A stretch of DNA of 64,000 bases from Candidatus Aenigmatarchaeota archaeon (GCA_046539325.1 JBKHHD010000001.1:55437-119436), one strand, 5' to 3'. Shown: positions 1 to 9,817, numbered from the stretch's first letter. Notes: generated by a model not told the origin, from the sequence alone. A program made the numbers and translations.

Positions 1-527
1 ACATCTTCAAACTTTTCCTTTACATCAGAGTCCTCGCTTGGATTTGTGGAAGGGTGTGGTACTATAGAGCCATCCATTAGAAGGAGACTTAGATCCTTCC
101 TATTCATAGTCTTAAGTGCTATATCTGCCTCTATCTCCATTCTCTCGAGGTTTGCAGCAAGTGAGAAGTCCTCTCTGGAAAGAGGTTCTGTGAAGACAGA
201 AAGCTTAGGGGTAGGCAGGGAACTGGGATAATAACTTACGTTTTCCAAGCCGTCATTGAAATCAAATACGACCGCAACGGCCTTAGTAAGGACCAGGTCA
301 ACTGCATGGTAGGACTTTTTTAGAAGCCCGCCGTCTATACCACATATACTTCCTCCGCTCAAATCACCTTCTTCCACCTCTATAGATATCTTCTTCTCAG
401 GAATCTTTTCTCCTTCTATCTCTTCATCCTTTACCTCCTGAAGAAAGTTACCAAGCCTCTTCCTCTTGCTTTCCAGCCTTTCGACCTTCCCTGCTATATC
501 ATCAAGCTCCGAAAGAATCTCCTGCAT
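1..527 (-). CDS. nurA: NurA-family nuclease (runs off window edge)
   Basis: Not in ORF track. Manual translation from ATG 527 gives MQEILSELDDIAGKVERLE...ICGIDGG...LLLMDGSI, the two acidic NurA motifs. Confidence 0.75.
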   Translation of the reverse strand, partial: MQEILSELDDIAGKVERLESKRKRLGNFLQEVKDEEIEGEKIPEKKISIEVEEGDLSGGSICGIDGGLLKKSYHAVDLVLTKAVAVVFDFNDGLENVSYYPSSLPTPKLSVFTEPLSREDFSLAANLERMEIEADIALKTMNRKDLSLLLMDGSIVPHPSTNPSEDSDVKEKFED

Positions 528-593
528 AACTTAAATAAATCCCGCCAAATTAATAAAACTAGCCAGTATTTATGAGCAGTGAGATCAGGTAAA

Positions 594-875
594 ATGGACC
601 ATGAAATAATAAAAGAAGCTATAGAGAGGATACGCGGACTCCCGACCTTTTCAAGGATACGAGATGAACTTAGGGAGAAGTTTGCTCTGAAGATCGACGA
701 AAAGGAGCTGAAAGAGGACCTAGAAGAGATGATGAGACAGGAAAAAATAAAGGAAAAGGAAACAACAATAAAAGGAACAAGATTTAAAGGGTATACCGTT
801 GTAAGAGAAGAAAAACAAGAGGAAGAAGAGGAAAAGTCAAAGGAAGAGGAGGTAATAGATGAGGTATTTGGTTAA
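594..875 (+). CDS. Small hypothetical protein, winged-helix-like with acidic tail
   Basis: ATG 594 follows AGGT; helix-helix-beta-hairpin pattern. Confidence 0.55.
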   Translation: MDHEIIKEAIERIRGLPTFSRIRDELREKFALKIDEKELKEDLEEMMRQEKIKEKETTIKGTRFKGYTVVREEKQEEEEEKSKEEEVIDEVFG

Positions 876-1065
876 AAATGTTTTTTCGGTAGTAAGATTT
901 CTCAAAAATAATAAATCAAAGGGTGGAATAATAGGAAAGCTTGTTAAGCTGTTTCTCGTAGGCCTTGTGTTTACCTTTTTAACATGGCTACTGTTCGGTG
1001 AAGCACTCCACCCAAAACAGATACTCCTACTACCAATCTATGCGCTGTTGAAGGCAGGTGGGTAG
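859..1065 (+). CDS. Small membrane protein
   Basis: GAGGT upstream; hydrophobic segment LVKLFLVGLVFTFLTWLLFG. Confidence 0.5.
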   Translation: MRYLVKNVFSVVRFLKNNKSKGGIIGKLVKLFLVGLVFTFLTWLLFGEALHPKQILLLPIYALLKAGG

Positions 1066-1218
1066 TTATAAAAGTGTGTAGCTACTTTCCTTTTCAGGTC
1101 TATTTACCTCATGGCAGTCCTTGCACTTTGTTACCTTTTCAGAATCCCGAGGATTTTTAACAAAACCAAGGTTCGAGCCATCAAGTTCACATCCACATAC
1201 ATCACACTTCAAAGACAT
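1066..1218 (-). CDS. 50-aa CxxC...CxxC zinc-finger microprotein
   Basis: Below ORF-track cutoff. MSLKCDVCGCELDGSNLGFVKNPRDSEKVTKCKDCHEVNRPEKESSYTLL; GGAGGTGA 5 nt before the ATG. Confidence 0.65.
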   Translation of the reverse strand: MSLKCDVCGCELDGSNLGFVKNPRDSEKVTKCKDCHEVNRPEKESSYTLL

Positions 1219-1366
1219 GCCTTTCACCTCCCAAAAACGTCTTAAAGAAAATCCTTTTCAAGATATTCCATATTAGCACTGTAACTATATAAAATCTTTG
1301 TTGTTACCTAAGGGAAATTAATACTTCCAATAAAGCTTTTTAACTTTTGGCGAGTAATTCATCTGT

Positions 1367-1693
1367 ATGCCGGAGTGTAACACGTGTGGAAAAATTTTTG
1401 ATTCAGAAAGAGGGCTTCACATACACCAATCCCGAGTCCACGCAAGTAAATCCGAAGGAACAGATCAAACCAAATCAACCAAGTTCCTCGAGGTAAAATC
1501 AATAAGACCCTGGATAGTTGCTGCAGTAATAATAATTCTAGGCTTAGGCCTGATAATCGCCACAGATGAGGTTGAAACTGAACGAAAAGAGGACGGTTTG
1601 GAGGAAAGCTTCAGCAGGGATTTGAAGCTTGTGGTGGAGGAAAATGAAACAGAAGACAAAGCAAAGGAAGTTGATGACTATGCCGAGGGATGA
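1367..1693 (+). CDS. C2H2 zinc-finger protein with one transmembrane helix
   Basis: CNTCGKIFDSERGLHIHQSRVH, then WIVAAVIIILGLGLIIA and an acidic tail. Confidence 0.65.
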   Translation: MPECNTCGKIFDSERGLHIHQSRVHASKSEGTDQTKSTKFLEVKSIRPWIVAAVIIILGLGLIIATDEVETERKEDGLEESFSRDLKLVVEENETEDKAKEVDDYAEG

Positions 1694-2006
1694 AGAAAGA
1701 AGAAGGGCACCTGCGATACATAAGAAAATTGACAGCATAGAGGAAGAAGATATAAGGGTGGCTATAATAGGGACCCTAGTTGATCGAGGAGAAACGAAAG
1801 TAGTAGTGGACGACGGAACAGGAAGTATGGACGTGAGCTTTGACCTATCGAAGGATTTGGGAAGGTTTGAGGAAGGTAATCTTGTAAGAGTTGTCGGAAA
1901 ACCTTCCAATGGATCCCTGGACGGAGAAGCGATACAGGACTTTGAGGACTTCGACGTAGAGCTTTACAGGGGAGCAAAACAGAAGTTGGAAGAGCTCAGA
2001 GAATAA
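1680..2006 (+). CDS. OB-fold protein, RPA small-subunit-like
   Basis: RRAPA...RVAIIGTLVD...VVVDDGTG OB-fold motifs; ATG 1680 preferred as start. Confidence 0.7.
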   Translation: MPRDEERRRAPAIHKKIDSIEEEDIRVAIIGTLVDRGETKVVVDDGTGSMDVSFDLSKDLGRFEEGNLVRVVGKPSNGSLDGEAIQDFEDFDVELYRGAKQKLEELRE

Positions 2007-2047
2007 GTTTTCTAAAGATAAAAGCTTCAACTACCATAGTTATATCC

Positions 2048-3370
2048 ATGCCAGGTAAGACTCCTATAAAGAAGGTAAGCACCAAGAAGGAAGTAAAGAC
2101 CTTTTCCGAAGAGGTAGCACCCAAACTTGATCCAAAGGCAAGGAACATGTGCCTCAAGTGCCGGGGAGCAAAGAAGCTCTGCGGTAAGGAAAAATGCCCA
2201 GTTCTACAGAAATACTACTCACAGGTCGGTGATGAGAGGAAAAACAGGTTCGACACGAAGGAGATAGAAGGGAACTCGCCGCCTTCTGTTTTTGTTGGAA
2301 GATACAACTACCCAAATGTCAACGTTGGTCCTCTTGTCCCTCCTGAGAAAGGCGACACGTCCATATACTCAAGACCTGAGAAATGGTTCGGCAGTGCAGG
2401 AATAAACGATATTATAGAGATGAGAGGGAGTCTTGCAAGAGGCAAAAAAAAGCTTTCCGGGGACGCAAAAGTAAAGAATATAGGAAGGGATGAGCAGGAG
2501 GTTAGATACCTTGCGCTCTCAAAGAACCCAGCCGAGACCGAGGTCAAGTTCAAGAAGAATCTCAACAATTCGATGAAGCTGGATGGAAGGTCACAGCCAC
2601 ATGGTCCTTCTGGTCCCATGGAGTCGTTCAGAAGAGGGACCATGAGCTCCGATCAGCGTCTGGAAAAAATATTCTACGACAAAGACCTTAAGGCAAACAA
2701 AGCCGTCAAAAAGCTGTACAGTAAAGGCGTTCCTGTCTCCAGAATACAGGACATATTTGCCGTTGGTGGTACCGGCATCAAGGACAACAGAAAGTTCGTG
2801 CCAACCAGGTGGAGTATAACAGCTGTAGATGACATTTTAGGAAAAGACCTGAGGAGAAGCGTTAAAGGCTATCAAAAAATAAACGAGTGGCGTGTATATG
2901 AAACCAACTACCTAGACAACCAATGGGTAATTATATTCACACCGGAAACCTGGCGCTACGAGCTTATAGAAGCCTTCTACCCTGAAACGACATGGAACCC
3001 TTCGAAGGACTCGATAACTATCTTCGGCGATCACGAGGAGTTCGACGGCAGAGACGAATACGCTTCTATTGGAGGCTGTTACTACTCGGCAAGGCTTGCT
3101 GTGCTGGAGAAGCTGGAGGAGGAAAGGAGACAGGCAGGAGCCATAGTTTTAAGGGAAGCAAAACCTGGATATATACTTCCAGTGGGCGTATGGAACGTGA
3201 GGGAATCAGTGAGGAGCGCTCTCAAAGAAAGTCCTGTGAAGTTTGAAGATCGAAAGAAGACCTTTGAACATCTTAAACAGACACTGGACCTGGAATTCGG
3301 ACAGTGGTTATCGGTCTCGAGGCTTCTCACAAGCAGGGAAAAACAAGAAAATCTCAAATCATTTATTTGA
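2048..3370 (+). CDS. nreA: Nre-family DNA repair protein
   Basis: CxxCxG..LCG..CP zinc motif, SPPSVFVG, VPTRWSITAVDD, C-terminal PIP-like QENLKSFI. Confidence 0.9.
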   Translation: MPGKTPIKKVSTKKEVKTFSEEVAPKLDPKARNMCLKCRGAKKLCGKEKCPVLQKYYSQVGDERKNRFDTKEIEGNSPPSVFVGRYNYPNVNVGPLVPPEKGDTSIYSRPEKWFGSAGINDIIEMRGSLARGKKKLSGDAKVKNIGRDEQEVRYLALSKNPAETEVKFKKNLNNSMKLDGRSQPHGPSGPMESFRRGTMSSDQRLEKIFYDKDLKANKAVKKLYSKGVPVSRIQDIFAVGGTGIKDNRKFVPTRWSITAVDDILGKDLRRSVKGYQKINEWRVYETNYLDNQWVIIFTPETWRYELIEAFYPETTWNPSKDSITIFGDHEEFDGRDEYASIGGCYYSARLAVLEKLEEERRQAGAIVLREAKPGYILPVGVWNVRESVRSALKESPVKFEDRKKTFEHLKQTLDLEFGQWLSVSRLLTSREKQENLKSFI

Positions 3371-3857
3371 TATAGTAGCCTACACTATCTTCCTCGACCT
3401 TGAGGCTTTCATCGACCTTCTCTTTCATAGTACTGAGCAACTTGAGAACTCTTCCTTTGTCAAGTATATCGTTTTCGAAAATCGAGAGGGCAAGGTAGTC
3501 TTCACCCTTCCTTATAACGCCAGATGCTTTAGGATTCTCAGAGATATCTTCAACTGCTTCTCTGGATATCTCATCTATAGACCTGTAAAACTCCCTTTCC
3601 TTTACGGCAGGATACGGATCTCTTTTCATTGCATTCTCCCTAAGCCTCTCACCAACCTTTAATACAAAGGCTGTATCAAAATTAGCGCCTGAAGCCCTCT
3701 CTAGCCAGTCCTTGTGTTCCTGAGGTATAGGATAGGAAAAGTAATCTTCGGTCACTAATCCAAGGGGAGGAATGTCTTCAGGAAAGTTTCCAATATCGTA
3801 CTCAGAAAGAACCTCCCTGTATCTCTCACAATAACTATCCACTAAAGACTTCGACAT
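3363..3857 (-). CDS. Hypothetical protein
   Basis: 164-aa ORF with genome-typical acidic composition; no motif recognised. Confidence 0.6.
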   Translation of the reverse strand: MSKSLVDSYCERYREVLSEYDIGNFPEDIPPLGLVTEDYFSYPIPQEHKDWLERASGANFDTAFVLKVGERLRENAMKRDPYPAVKEREFYRSIDEISREAVEDISENPKASGVIRKGEDYLALSIFENDILDKGRVLKLLSTMKEKVDESLKVEEDSVGYYIK

Positions 3858-3896
3858 ATTTAGTTTACAAGTAGAAAAATATTTATTTTTTACTGT

Positions 3897-4985
3897 TCAG
3901 AATCTTAGCTCTACAACGTCCTCGTCCCTAAGTCTATGGTCCTCGCCCACCTTTTGGCCAGGGAACTTCGCGCTGCCGCCCCAGATCTTAGCATACTTCA
4001 AATCCTTGGAAAACTTCTTGTCTAAGGATTCCATAATATCTTCCACTGTCGATTTCCTTTTAACGATCAAAGGCTCCTCCCTGTCCGGTTCTTTTCCTCT
4101 TTTCTTCATATAAATTCTCATCATACCAAGTCCTTCCCACAGCCTTTTCTTGAACTCACCAAGATTCTCGCTCTCTTCTGCCGAGACAAACACCCAGTCC
4201 TGCCTTTCCTCCTTCATTTTCGCCAGCCTTTCATCATCTATCTCATCCGTCTTGTTAAGGCAGACTATACCGGGCATATAAACCCTGTTGTTCATTAGCC
4301 CGTCTATAAATTCGTCCAGACTTAAGTCCTCTCTAACTACAACCTTACAGTTTACGAAACCGTGGTCTTTAAGCACCTCCTTCATTGTTTCCTCTTCCAG
4401 ATCAACGTCCTCGGTTGTTGAAATTTCTATTCCACCTTCTCCTCTTTCGAAAACGTCCATGTTAGGAGGCTTTTCGTTGAGCCTTATTCCAGAGCCGTAA
4501 AGCTCCTCCCTCATATCCTTGATCCTGTTAATGTTCTCGCTGTCGGCGACCAGAACGACCATATCCGAGCTTCTCACCACGGACAGTACCTGCTTTCCAC
4601 CACCCTTGTCCTCGGCAGCGCCGCTTATGAGTCCTGGTACGTCCAGTATCTGAATATTAGCTCCTTTGTATTCCATCATCCCAGGTATTACTTCGAGGGT
4701 TGTGAACTCGTAGCCCGCTACCTCAGAATCCGCGTTTGTAAGTTTGTTCAGAAGCGTGGACTTGCCCACGGAAGGTGGACCGACCAACGACACGGTTGCA
4801 TCGCCTCTCTGTTTCACCGCGTATCCCTGGCCTGAGGCCTGACTCTCCTTCTGCTTCTGCTCCTTCTCCTCCTTCAATCGCGCTATCTTCGCCTTCAGGC
4901 GGCCGCGCTCAGTCTCCGTAGACTTGTTGACAGGCGTGTCCCTCAGCTTCTCCTTCGTCTTCTCTATATCATCCTCAAGAGCCAT
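3897..4985 (-). CDS. DRG/OBG-family GTPase with TGS domain
   Basis: GPPSVGKS, YEFTT, DVPG, NKTD motifs; TGS C-terminus. Confidence 0.93.
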   Translation of the reverse strand: MALEDDIEKTKEKLRDTPVNKSTETERGRLKAKIARLKEEKEQKQKESQASGQGYAVKQRGDATVSLVGPPSVGKSTLLNKLTNADSEVAGYEFTTLEVIPGMMEYKGANIQILDVPGLISGAAEDKGGGKQVLSVVRSSDMVVLVADSENINRIKDMREELYGSGIRLNEKPPNMDVFERGEGGIEISTTEDVDLEEETMKEVLKDHGFVNCKVVVREDLSLDEFIDGLMNNRVYMPGIVCLNKTDEIDDERLAKMKEERQDWVFVSAEESENLGEFKKRLWEGLGMMRIYMKKRGKEPDREEPLIVKRKSTVEDIMESLDKKFSKDLKYAKIWGGSAKFPGQKVGEDHRLRDEDVVELRF

Positions 4986-5046
4986 GGTTTAAACTGGCAG
5001 GCAAAATGTATAAAAATTTTACCATAGAAACAGTACAGGTGAAAAA

Positions 5047-5406
5047 ATGTATGACGAAGAAAATATGCTACCGGTACAGAGAGAAATCTACGAAATAAGC
5101 AGCGAGGAAATAAGAGACTGGATCAAAAACAACGAAGGCTATGGAGAGACGAACGCGACAACAGTATCATCCATCGAGGAAAGCAAGAACGGGGAAGAAT
5201 CCTGCATACACAAAATAATAGATCTGCGCCCGGAGGAAAACGAAGCAATAGAAGTGATAGGGAAAGAAAACGAGGGATTGAAAAACTACGTGGAAGTAAG
5301 AAAACATTCGGAAGACGGCATGGTGAATAATTACGAGGGTTGGATAAAATACACCGGACAGAGAGTTGAAGAGGTAGTCAGCTTCTTCGAGGAAAAACTT
5401 ACTTAA
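5047..5406 (+). CDS. Hypothetical acidic protein
   Basis: AGGTGA upstream; no motif recognised. Confidence 0.6.
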   Translation: MYDEENMLPVQREIYEISSEEIRDWIKNNEGYGETNATTVSSIEESKNGEESCIHKIIDLRPEENEAIEVIGKENEGLKNYVEVRKHSEDGMVNNYEGWIKYTGQRVEEVVSFFEEKLT

Positions 5407-5428
5407 GATTTGCCTCAAAACCTGTTCT

Positions 5429-6229
5429 ATGAAGATCGAGGAAGTACAGTGCAAATCCACTCTATCGAACACGAAGCTCTACGGTTTGGACTATTCTGTG
5501 AACCCCTACACAGGCTGCGGACATTCATGCGCCTACTGCTACGCCGTTTACATGAAAAAGTTCACCGATCACGAGGAGGACTGGGGAAGCTTTGTGGACG
5601 TGAAGGTGAACGCGCCTGAGGTCCTGAGGAAAGAAGTGAAGAAAAAGGACAGTGGTTCCGTGCTCCTTTCCTCGGTGACGGACGCCTATCAACCATTAGA
5701 GGAAAGGTACGGAATTACAAGAGAGCTGTTGGAGATACTTCAGGAGAACGGCTTTTCCGTTTCTATACTTACGAAGAGCGACCTGGTGCTACGTGACCTC
5801 GATGTCCTGAAGAAGTTCGACCACGGACGTCTGTCGGTTGGTTTCACCGTAAACTTCACAGAAGAAGAGGATAGAAAAATATGGGAGCCAGAAGCTTCGA
5901 GCATCGAGGAAAGGATAGAAGGTTTAAAGAAACTTCACGAGGAAGGAATACCGACCTACGTCCACGTAGGTCCGTGGCTGGAGGGTATAACGGATCTGGA
6001 AAAAATACTGGAGAAAGTTGAAGACTACATATACGAGTTCCAGGTAGAGAACTTAAATAAGAAGAGGGGAGAGATTGTAATGAAGGTAATAAGAGAAAAC
6101 TATCCAGGACTAGCTGAAAAGTATGAGCATATAATGGAAGATCTATCAGGCCACAACAAGAGGCTGAAAGAGGAAGCTAAAACACTGAGAAGGAAAAGTT
6201 CAGTTCCTGTGAAGGTATATGTCGATTAG
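5429..6229 (+). CDS. Radical SAM protein, spore photoproduct lyase-like family
   Basis: NPYTGCGHSCAYCYA, SSVTDAYQPLE, LTKS...RDLD. Confidence 0.88.
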   Translation: MKIEEVQCKSTLSNTKLYGLDYSVNPYTGCGHSCAYCYAVYMKKFTDHEEDWGSFVDVKVNAPEVLRKEVKKKDSGSVLLSSVTDAYQPLEERYGITRELLEILQENGFSVSILTKSDLVLRDLDVLKKFDHGRLSVGFTVNFTEEEDRKIWEPEASSIEERIEGLKKLHEEGIPTYVHVGPWLEGITDLEKILEKVEDYIYEFQVENLNKKRGEIVMKVIRENYPGLAEKYEHIMEDLSGHNKRLKEEAKTLRRKSSVPVKVYVD

Positions 6230-6314
6230 GAATTAACCAAGAAAAATTCAAAGATTGTTCATGGACAAAAGACTTATATAAATACCTGAATGATTAATTA
6301 CGGAAGGTGTTAAG

Positions 6315-7067
6315 ATGTTTAAAGCAAAGCTATCGGATCCTTCACTGTTGAAGAACTCCGTAGACACGATATCAGAGCTAATCCATGAAGGACTGTTCAA
6401 GATAGACTCAGAATCACTTTACATGAGAGCCGCAGACAGAGCAACAGTAGCTGTAGTTGACTTTGAACTGGGGAAGGAAGCTTTCGAGGAGTTTGAATGT
6501 GATGAAGAAACGCAGATAGGAGTAAACCTTGAAGGTCTTCTTGGCATTCTGAAGAGAGCAAAGAAGGACGACAGTCTTGCACTTGAGCTTTCAGAGGACG
6601 AATCCCGGCTAAAGATATCAATAGGCGACGGGACAAAAAGAGACTTTGAGATGCCCCTTCTTTCGATATCAGAAGGAGAAGTACCAGAAACAAAGCAGCT
6701 TGATTTTACAGCGGAGATGGAGCTGAAGAGCTCGGTTCTAAGCAAGGGAATAGCCGACGCAGAAATTGTCGCGGACTCCGTTCTCTTCAGAACAGAGGAA
6801 GGAAGCCTCACACTTGTAGCTGACAGCGACTCAGGGAGCGTGGAAGCAAAGACAGAAAAAGGTTCTGAAGATCTGATGGAGATAAAGGTAGATAAGGAAA
6901 CGGAAAGCAGGTATCCTCTGGAATACCTGAAGAAGATGCTGAAGGCCTCGAAGATATCTGACGTAGCTTCTCTGAAGTTTGGAGACGACTACCCAATGGA
7001 ACTGAAGTTTGAGGAGCCAGGTCAGATAAAGATATCGTTTGTTCTTGCTCCCCGTGTCGAGGACTAG
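6315..7067 (+). CDS. pcn: DNA sliding clamp PCNA
   Basis: MFKAKL...AADRATVAVV...SRYPLEYL...LAPRVED. Confidence 0.97.
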   Translation: MFKAKLSDPSLLKNSVDTISELIHEGLFKIDSESLYMRAADRATVAVVDFELGKEAFEEFECDEETQIGVNLEGLLGILKRAKKDDSLALELSEDESRLKISIGDGTKRDFEMPLLSISEGEVPETKQLDFTAEMELKSSVLSKGIADAEIVADSVLFRTEEGSLTLVADSDSGSVEAKTEKGSEDLMEIKVDKETESRYPLEYLKKMLKASKISDVASLKFGDDYPMELKFEEPGQIKISFVLAPRVED

Positions 7068-7097
7068 AGTGTGGGATCTGATTCGGGGTAGTTGAAA

Positions 7098-8360
7098 ATG
7101 CATAGAAAGGAAATTATAGACTACTACAGTAAGGAAGAGGTAGTTAATTCTATTCTCAATGCCTCGAAGAACAGAGAAATAAGCGGAACACTGTCCAGTG
7201 GAGGCTATACCTCGAGGCCCAACGTTCTCCAGTATACAAGTGACCTTGAGGAAATGGTTAAAAAGGGCTGTGTCGCTTTCCACGGCTCCGTGGAAAGATG
7301 GAAAAACGCAATGAAGCTTGACACGAAAATGAGGAAGGAGGATATGGATCGGCTCAGAAAGGGCTGGGATCTTATTCTTGACATAGATTCCGATATAGGA
7401 CTTGAAGGCGCAAAGGTTGCACTGAAAAGGATTGTAGACCTTCTAAAGGACTATGGAATAGAGAACTATGGAATGAAGTTCTCAGGTAGAAGAGGATTCC
7501 ATATAGTTGTACCGTGGAAGGCGTTTCCAAAAAAGGTCGACTTTGAAAGGACTGAAAAGCAGTTCCCGGAAATACCTCGGGCAATAGCAACATTTATCAG
7601 ACAACAAATAAAGTCAGATCTTCTCCAGGATCTTATAGATCTCAAGGGCTCATTCCACAAGCTCTCAGAAGAACTGGAAGGCCACGCAGACAGAATGACC
7701 CCCTTTGCCTTCGTGGACGTAGAAAAGGACTGGGGAAAGAGGCATCTTTTCAGACTTCCCTACTCGTTGCACGACAGCACCTGGTTGGTTTCCTATCCGC
7801 TGAAGGAAAGGGAGGTGGAAGAGTTTGAGATGGAAGACGCTGATCCTGAAAACGTGGAGCTTGGAAGAAAGTTCATAAAGAATGTGGACAAAGGATGTGC
7901 CAAAGACCTGGTAGTTGACGCGATAAACTGGATGAGCAAGAGGAAGGAAAGGAAAGAAGACAAAGAGGAAGAAGTGGATGAAATAAAGCCCGAGGATCCT
8001 GTGCCAGAGGAAAGATTCCCACCTTGTATAAAGCATATACTAAAGGGCCTTTCAGACGGAAGGAAAAGGAGTGTATTCATCCTCATAACCTTCCTGAGGA
8101 GGATGAGCTGGGACTGGGAGAAGGTTGAAGAGAAGATTGATGAATGGAACGAAAAGAACGATCCACCGCTGCGGGAGAACTACATAAACACGCAGCTCAA
8201 GTGGTTCAAGAGACAGGACCGCGAGATTGTAGCGCCGTCATGCGACAACGACCTCTACTACAAGTCCTTTGGTGTCTGCGACCCTGATGAAAAATGCAAA
8301 CAGGGAACTGAAGAGATACAGATAAAGAATCCTATGGTTTACCCCTTCAAAAAGAAGTAA
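7098..8360 (+). CDS. Fused DNA primase (PriS catalytic domain plus PriL C-terminal Fe-S domain)
   Basis: WDLILDID and KFSGRRGFH (PriS), then FPPCI...GRKR...PSC...CDPDEKC...NPM (PriL-CTD). Confidence 0.92.
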   Translation: MHRKEIIDYYSKEEVVNSILNASKNREISGTLSSGGYTSRPNVLQYTSDLEEMVKKGCVAFHGSVERWKNAMKLDTKMRKEDMDRLRKGWDLILDIDSDIGLEGAKVALKRIVDLLKDYGIENYGMKFSGRRGFHIVVPWKAFPKKVDFERTEKQFPEIPRAIATFIRQQIKSDLLQDLIDLKGSFHKLSEELEGHADRMTPFAFVDVEKDWGKRHLFRLPYSLHDSTWLVSYPLKEREVEEFEMEDADPENVELGRKFIKNVDKGCAKDLVVDAINWMSKRKERKEDKEEEVDEIKPEDPVPEERFPPCIKHILKGLSDGRKRSVFILITFLRRMSWDWEKVEEKIDEWNEKNDPPLRENYINTQLKWFKRQDREIVAPSCDNDLYYKSFGVCDPDEKCKQGTEEIQIKNPMVYPFKKK

Positions 8361-8392
8361 GTTATTTAACTTTTGCCAGGAAATGGTAAAAT

Positions 8393-9211
8393 ATGGCAGA
8401 TGAAGAGGACAGCGCTATAACATTTGAGACCTTCAGAAAGTTTCAGAGAAAGGAGAAGAAGAACGAGAAGCTGCAGGAGCTGCCGGATGACTTCTTCAGA
8501 ACCTGCGTACAGTGGATAAACAGAAAGGAGGAGAAGTTCGAGGAGAGCAGAGATTCGGCCCTGATGAGGGAAATAGAGAACGTCAAAAGTATCGTAAAGG
8601 ACATATTTGAAAGGAGACGGAAGAAAATACTAATCCTTGCACTCCACTCCGTGAGGAGCAAAAAAGTTTCAAAAAACCTCCTCCCGGAGGAAGAAGAGTT
8701 CTTTGAGAGGACAGTGAAAAATTTAAGGCAGCTCGAAGAGAATCTACTTGAAAGGGTATTGAAAGGAGAAGAGCCGAAGGAAGCGACGGAAGAAGAGGAA
8801 TCAAAGGAAGAAGTGAACAAAGACGAAAGATCGGAAAAAAGTGAGGAGGTTGAAGAGGAAAGAGATGCTGAGAACAAAGGTAGTGAAGAAGTAGAAGAAA
8901 AGGAGGGACAGTCGGAGAGGGAAGAGGAGGTTACAGAAGTTGAACAAAAGGAAGGGCCAGGAGAACCAGAAGAAGAGACAGCCGAAGAAGGAGAAAAGGT
9001 TAAGACAAGGAAACTCGGTGAGGAGGAGCAAATGGAGGTTGAGACCTCCGAAGGGCAAAAACTTCTCCGGATAACGGATCAAGTCGAAAGGTTTGTAGCT
9101 ACAGACGAAAATGAATACGGTCCACTGGAAGAAGGGGATATAGTGACTTTGCCTGAAGACGTGGCCAAACTTCTTATAGAAAAGGACAAGGCAAAGGAAT
9201 CAAAGGTTTAA
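8393..9211 (+). CDS. GINS subunit (Gins51-type) with long acidic linker
   Basis: LQELPDDFF, ERRRKKI, LLPEEEEFF A-domain; YGPLEEGDIVTLP B-domain; PCNA-primase-GINS gene order. Confidence 0.88.
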   Translation: MADEEDSAITFETFRKFQRKEKKNEKLQELPDDFFRTCVQWINRKEEKFEESRDSALMREIENVKSIVKDIFERRRKKILILALHSVRSKKVSKNLLPEEEEFFERTVKNLRQLEENLLERVLKGEEPKEATEEEESKEEVNKDERSEKSEEVEEERDAENKGSEEVEEKEGQSEREEEVTEVEQKEGPGEPEEETAEEGEKVKTRKLGEEEQMEVETSEGQKLLRITDQVERFVATDENEYGPLEEGDIVTLPEDVAKLLIEKDKAKESKV

Positions 9212-9332
9212 TCAAAGTCCGCCTGATCATATTTAAAAGTGTCGGAACAGTAATAAGAAGTGCCTTTAACTTGAAGCGATAGATTTAAAAGTTTCAAAGT
9301 TGTACAAAAACCATCCAGAAAAAGGTGGAATT

Positions 9333-9626
9333 ATGAAAATACCTGAAAGACAGAGAAAATACTGCCCTGACTGCGACAAACATACGGAGCACAAGGTAAG
9401 GAGAGAAAGCCAGGGACCAAGGCTGAATCCCTCGGCTCACTCAAAGGGCGAAAAAAAGAGTGAAAGAAGGGAGAAGGGCTACGGAAACAGCGGCAAGTCT
9501 TCAAAGCAGGTCAGTGGCGAAAAGCCCACAAGAAGAGTCGACCTTCGCTACGAGTGTCAGGAATGTGGAAAAGAACAGACCATAGGAAGGGGCTTCCGCG
9601 TAAAGAGACTGGAGATAGAAAGGTGA
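9333..9626 (+). CDS. rpl44e: Ribosomal protein L44e (eL42)
   Basis: MKIP..RKYCPDCDKHTEHKV, KPTRRVDLRYECQEC. Confidence 0.95.
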   Translation: MKIPERQRKYCPDCDKHTEHKVRRESQGPRLNPSAHSKGEKKSERREKGYGNSGKSSKQVSGEKPTRRVDLRYECQECGKEQTIGRGFRVKRLEIER

Positions 9627-9630
9627 TCTT

Positions 9631-9813
9631 ATGAACGGAGAAGAGCCAGATTCAAAGTTTCTAAAGGTAAGCTGCTCTGATTGTGAGAACAGTCAGATAA
9701 TATTTAACAAACCTACAACGCAGGTTGAGTGCTCAGAGTGTGGCTCCAACCTATGTGAGCCAAGAGGCGGGATGGGAAAAGTTCAGTCCAAGATAAAAGA
9801 GGTATTCAGGTGA
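9631..9813 (+). CDS. rps27e: Ribosomal protein S27e
   Basis: SKFLKVSCSDCENSQIIF...CSECG..LCEPRGG. Confidence 0.95.
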   Translation: MNGEEPDSKFLKVSCSDCENSQIIFNKPTTQVECSECGSNLCEPRGGMGKVQSKIKEVFR

Positions 9814-9817
9814 TTTG

